Shown piece after piece: positions 62,615-64,000 of a stretch of 64,000 nucleotides of DNA; the stretch's first letter is position 1, and the number at the start of each line of letters is the position of its first letter. Source of the stretch: Mobula hypostoma (lineage: Eukaryota). The notes under the pieces are model-generated. The model did not search any database and was not told the origin of the DNA. It was given only the letters and a program-made list of their open reading frames with translations. A program made the position numbers and the translations under genes. The stretch is taken from positions 242,670,001 to 242,734,000 of the forward strand of contig NC_086097.1 of assembly GCF_963921235.1 (NCBI RefSeq), in the 5' to 3' direction.

Positions 62615-64000
62615 ACAATAGAAAATAGACAATAGACAATAGGTGCAGGAGTAGGCCATTTGGCCCTTCGAGCCAGCACCGCCATTCACTGTGATCATGG
62701 CTGATCATCCACAATCAGTATCCAGTTCCTGCCTTATCCCCATAACCTTTGATTCTGCTTTCTTTAAGAGCTCTATCCATCTCTTTCTTGAAAGCATCCG
62801 GAGACTTGGCCTCCACAGCCTTCTGGGGCAGAGCATTCCATACATTCACCACTCTCTGGGTGAAAAAGCCTTTCCTCAATTCCGTTCTAAATGGCCTACC
62901 CCTTATTCTTAAACTGTGGCCTCTGATTCTGGACTCACCCATCAGCGGGAACATGCTTCCTGCCTCCAGCATGTCCAATCCCTTAATAACCTTATATGTT
63001 TCAATAAGATCCCCTCTCAGCCTTCTAAATTCCAGAGTGTACAAGCCCAGTTGCTCCAATCTTTCGACATATGACAGTCCCACCATCCCGGGAATTAACC
63101 TTGTGAACCTACGCTGCACTCCCTCAATAGCAAGAATGTCCTTCCTCAAATTTGGAGACCAAAACTGCACACAGTACTCCAGGTGTGGTCTCACCAGGGC
63201 CCTGTACAGTTGCAGAAGGACCTCTTTGCTCTTATACTCAATTCCCCTTGTTATGAAGGCCAGCATGCCATTAGCTCTCTTCACAGCCTGCTGTACTTGC
63301 ATGCTTGCTTTCAGTGACTGATGTACAAGAACACCTAGATCTCGTTGTACTTCCCCTTTCCTAACTTGACTCCATTTAGATAATAATCTGCCTTCCTGTT
63401 CTTACCACCAAAGTGGATAACCTCACATTTATCCACATTAAACTGCATCTGCCATGCATCTGCCCACTCACCCAGCCTGTCCAAGTCACCCTACATTCTC
63501 ATAACATCCTCCTCACATTTCACACTGCCACCCAGCTTTGCGTCATTGGCAAATTTGCTAATGTTACTTGTAATTCCCTCATCTAAATCATTAATATATA
63601 TTGTAAAGAGCTGCGGTCCCAGTACTGAACCCTGCGGTACCCCACTGGTCACCACCTGCCATTTCGAAAGGGACCCATTAATCGCTACTCTTCGTTTTCT
63701 GTCAGCCAGCCAATTTTCAATCCATGTCAGTACTCTGCCCCAATACCATGTGCCCTAATTTTGCCCACTAATCTCCTATGTGGGACTTTATCAAAGGCTT
63801 TCTGAAAGTCCAGATACACTACATCCACTGGCTCTCCCTTGTCATTTTCATAGTTACATCCTCAAAAAATTCCAGAGGATTAGTTAATCACGATTTCCCC
63901 TTCATAAATCCATGCTGACTTGGACTGATCCTGTTACTGCTATCCAGATGTGTCGTAATTTCATCTTTTATAATTGACTCCAGCATCTTTCCCACCACCG
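62615..64000 (-). mobile_element. CR1 LINE 3' part (second subfamily, heptamer tail), runs off the window
   Basis: ORF 62715-63302 and RT pieces with frameshifts; (AATAGAC)n at ~62615-62640 on plus; the same 3' end recurs at 59150-59335. Confidence 0.92.

Noticed and set aside
14750..64000. Exons of a neighbouring gene such as SAMD12 (upstream of EXT1 in human)
   Set aside because: No matching peptide seen in the ORF track; short exons cannot be excluded without spliced alignment.
1..64000. CRISPR arrays, operons or prokaryotic defence systems
   Set aside because: The sequence is eukaryotic; recurring motifs are dispersed transposon ends, not regularly spaced repeat-spacer arrays.

Overview
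Repeat-rich vertebrate genomic DNA, most likely a cartilaginous fish such as a ray (inferred from HE1-like V-SINEs and abundant CR1, Penelope and Rex/Babar-type LINE fragments). The only host gene I can support is EXT1 (exostosin-1). Its large first coding exon lies on the minus strand (ATG 13648, phase-2 GT donor after 12696) inside a CpG island with a TATA-less CCAAT/GC-box promoter and several uORFs. Bases 1-12695 are intron 1, and 14.5-64 kb is upstream DNA with no recognisable gene, built largely from nested transposons. Highlights: (1) about 15 copies of a Penelope-linked terminal module carrying a minimal type-I hammerhead ribozyme motif, some with intact cores and several arranged as fold-backs, one beside the EXT1 promoter; (2) a decayed Gypsy provirus with a PNMA-like capsid, tRNA-Pro-like PBS and 4-bp TSD, plus a related solo LTR in EXT1 intron 1; (3) a tRNA-headed SINE with a Bov-A/BovB-like tail; (4) a three-level nest, Penelope > SINE > CR1, with a readable TSD; (5) a young CR1 with an unbroken 623-codon ORF2 fragment; (6) hAT, Tc1 and 6-bp-TSD MITEs. 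Family assignments come from recognised motifs, not database searches, and boundaries of degenerate repeats are approximate.
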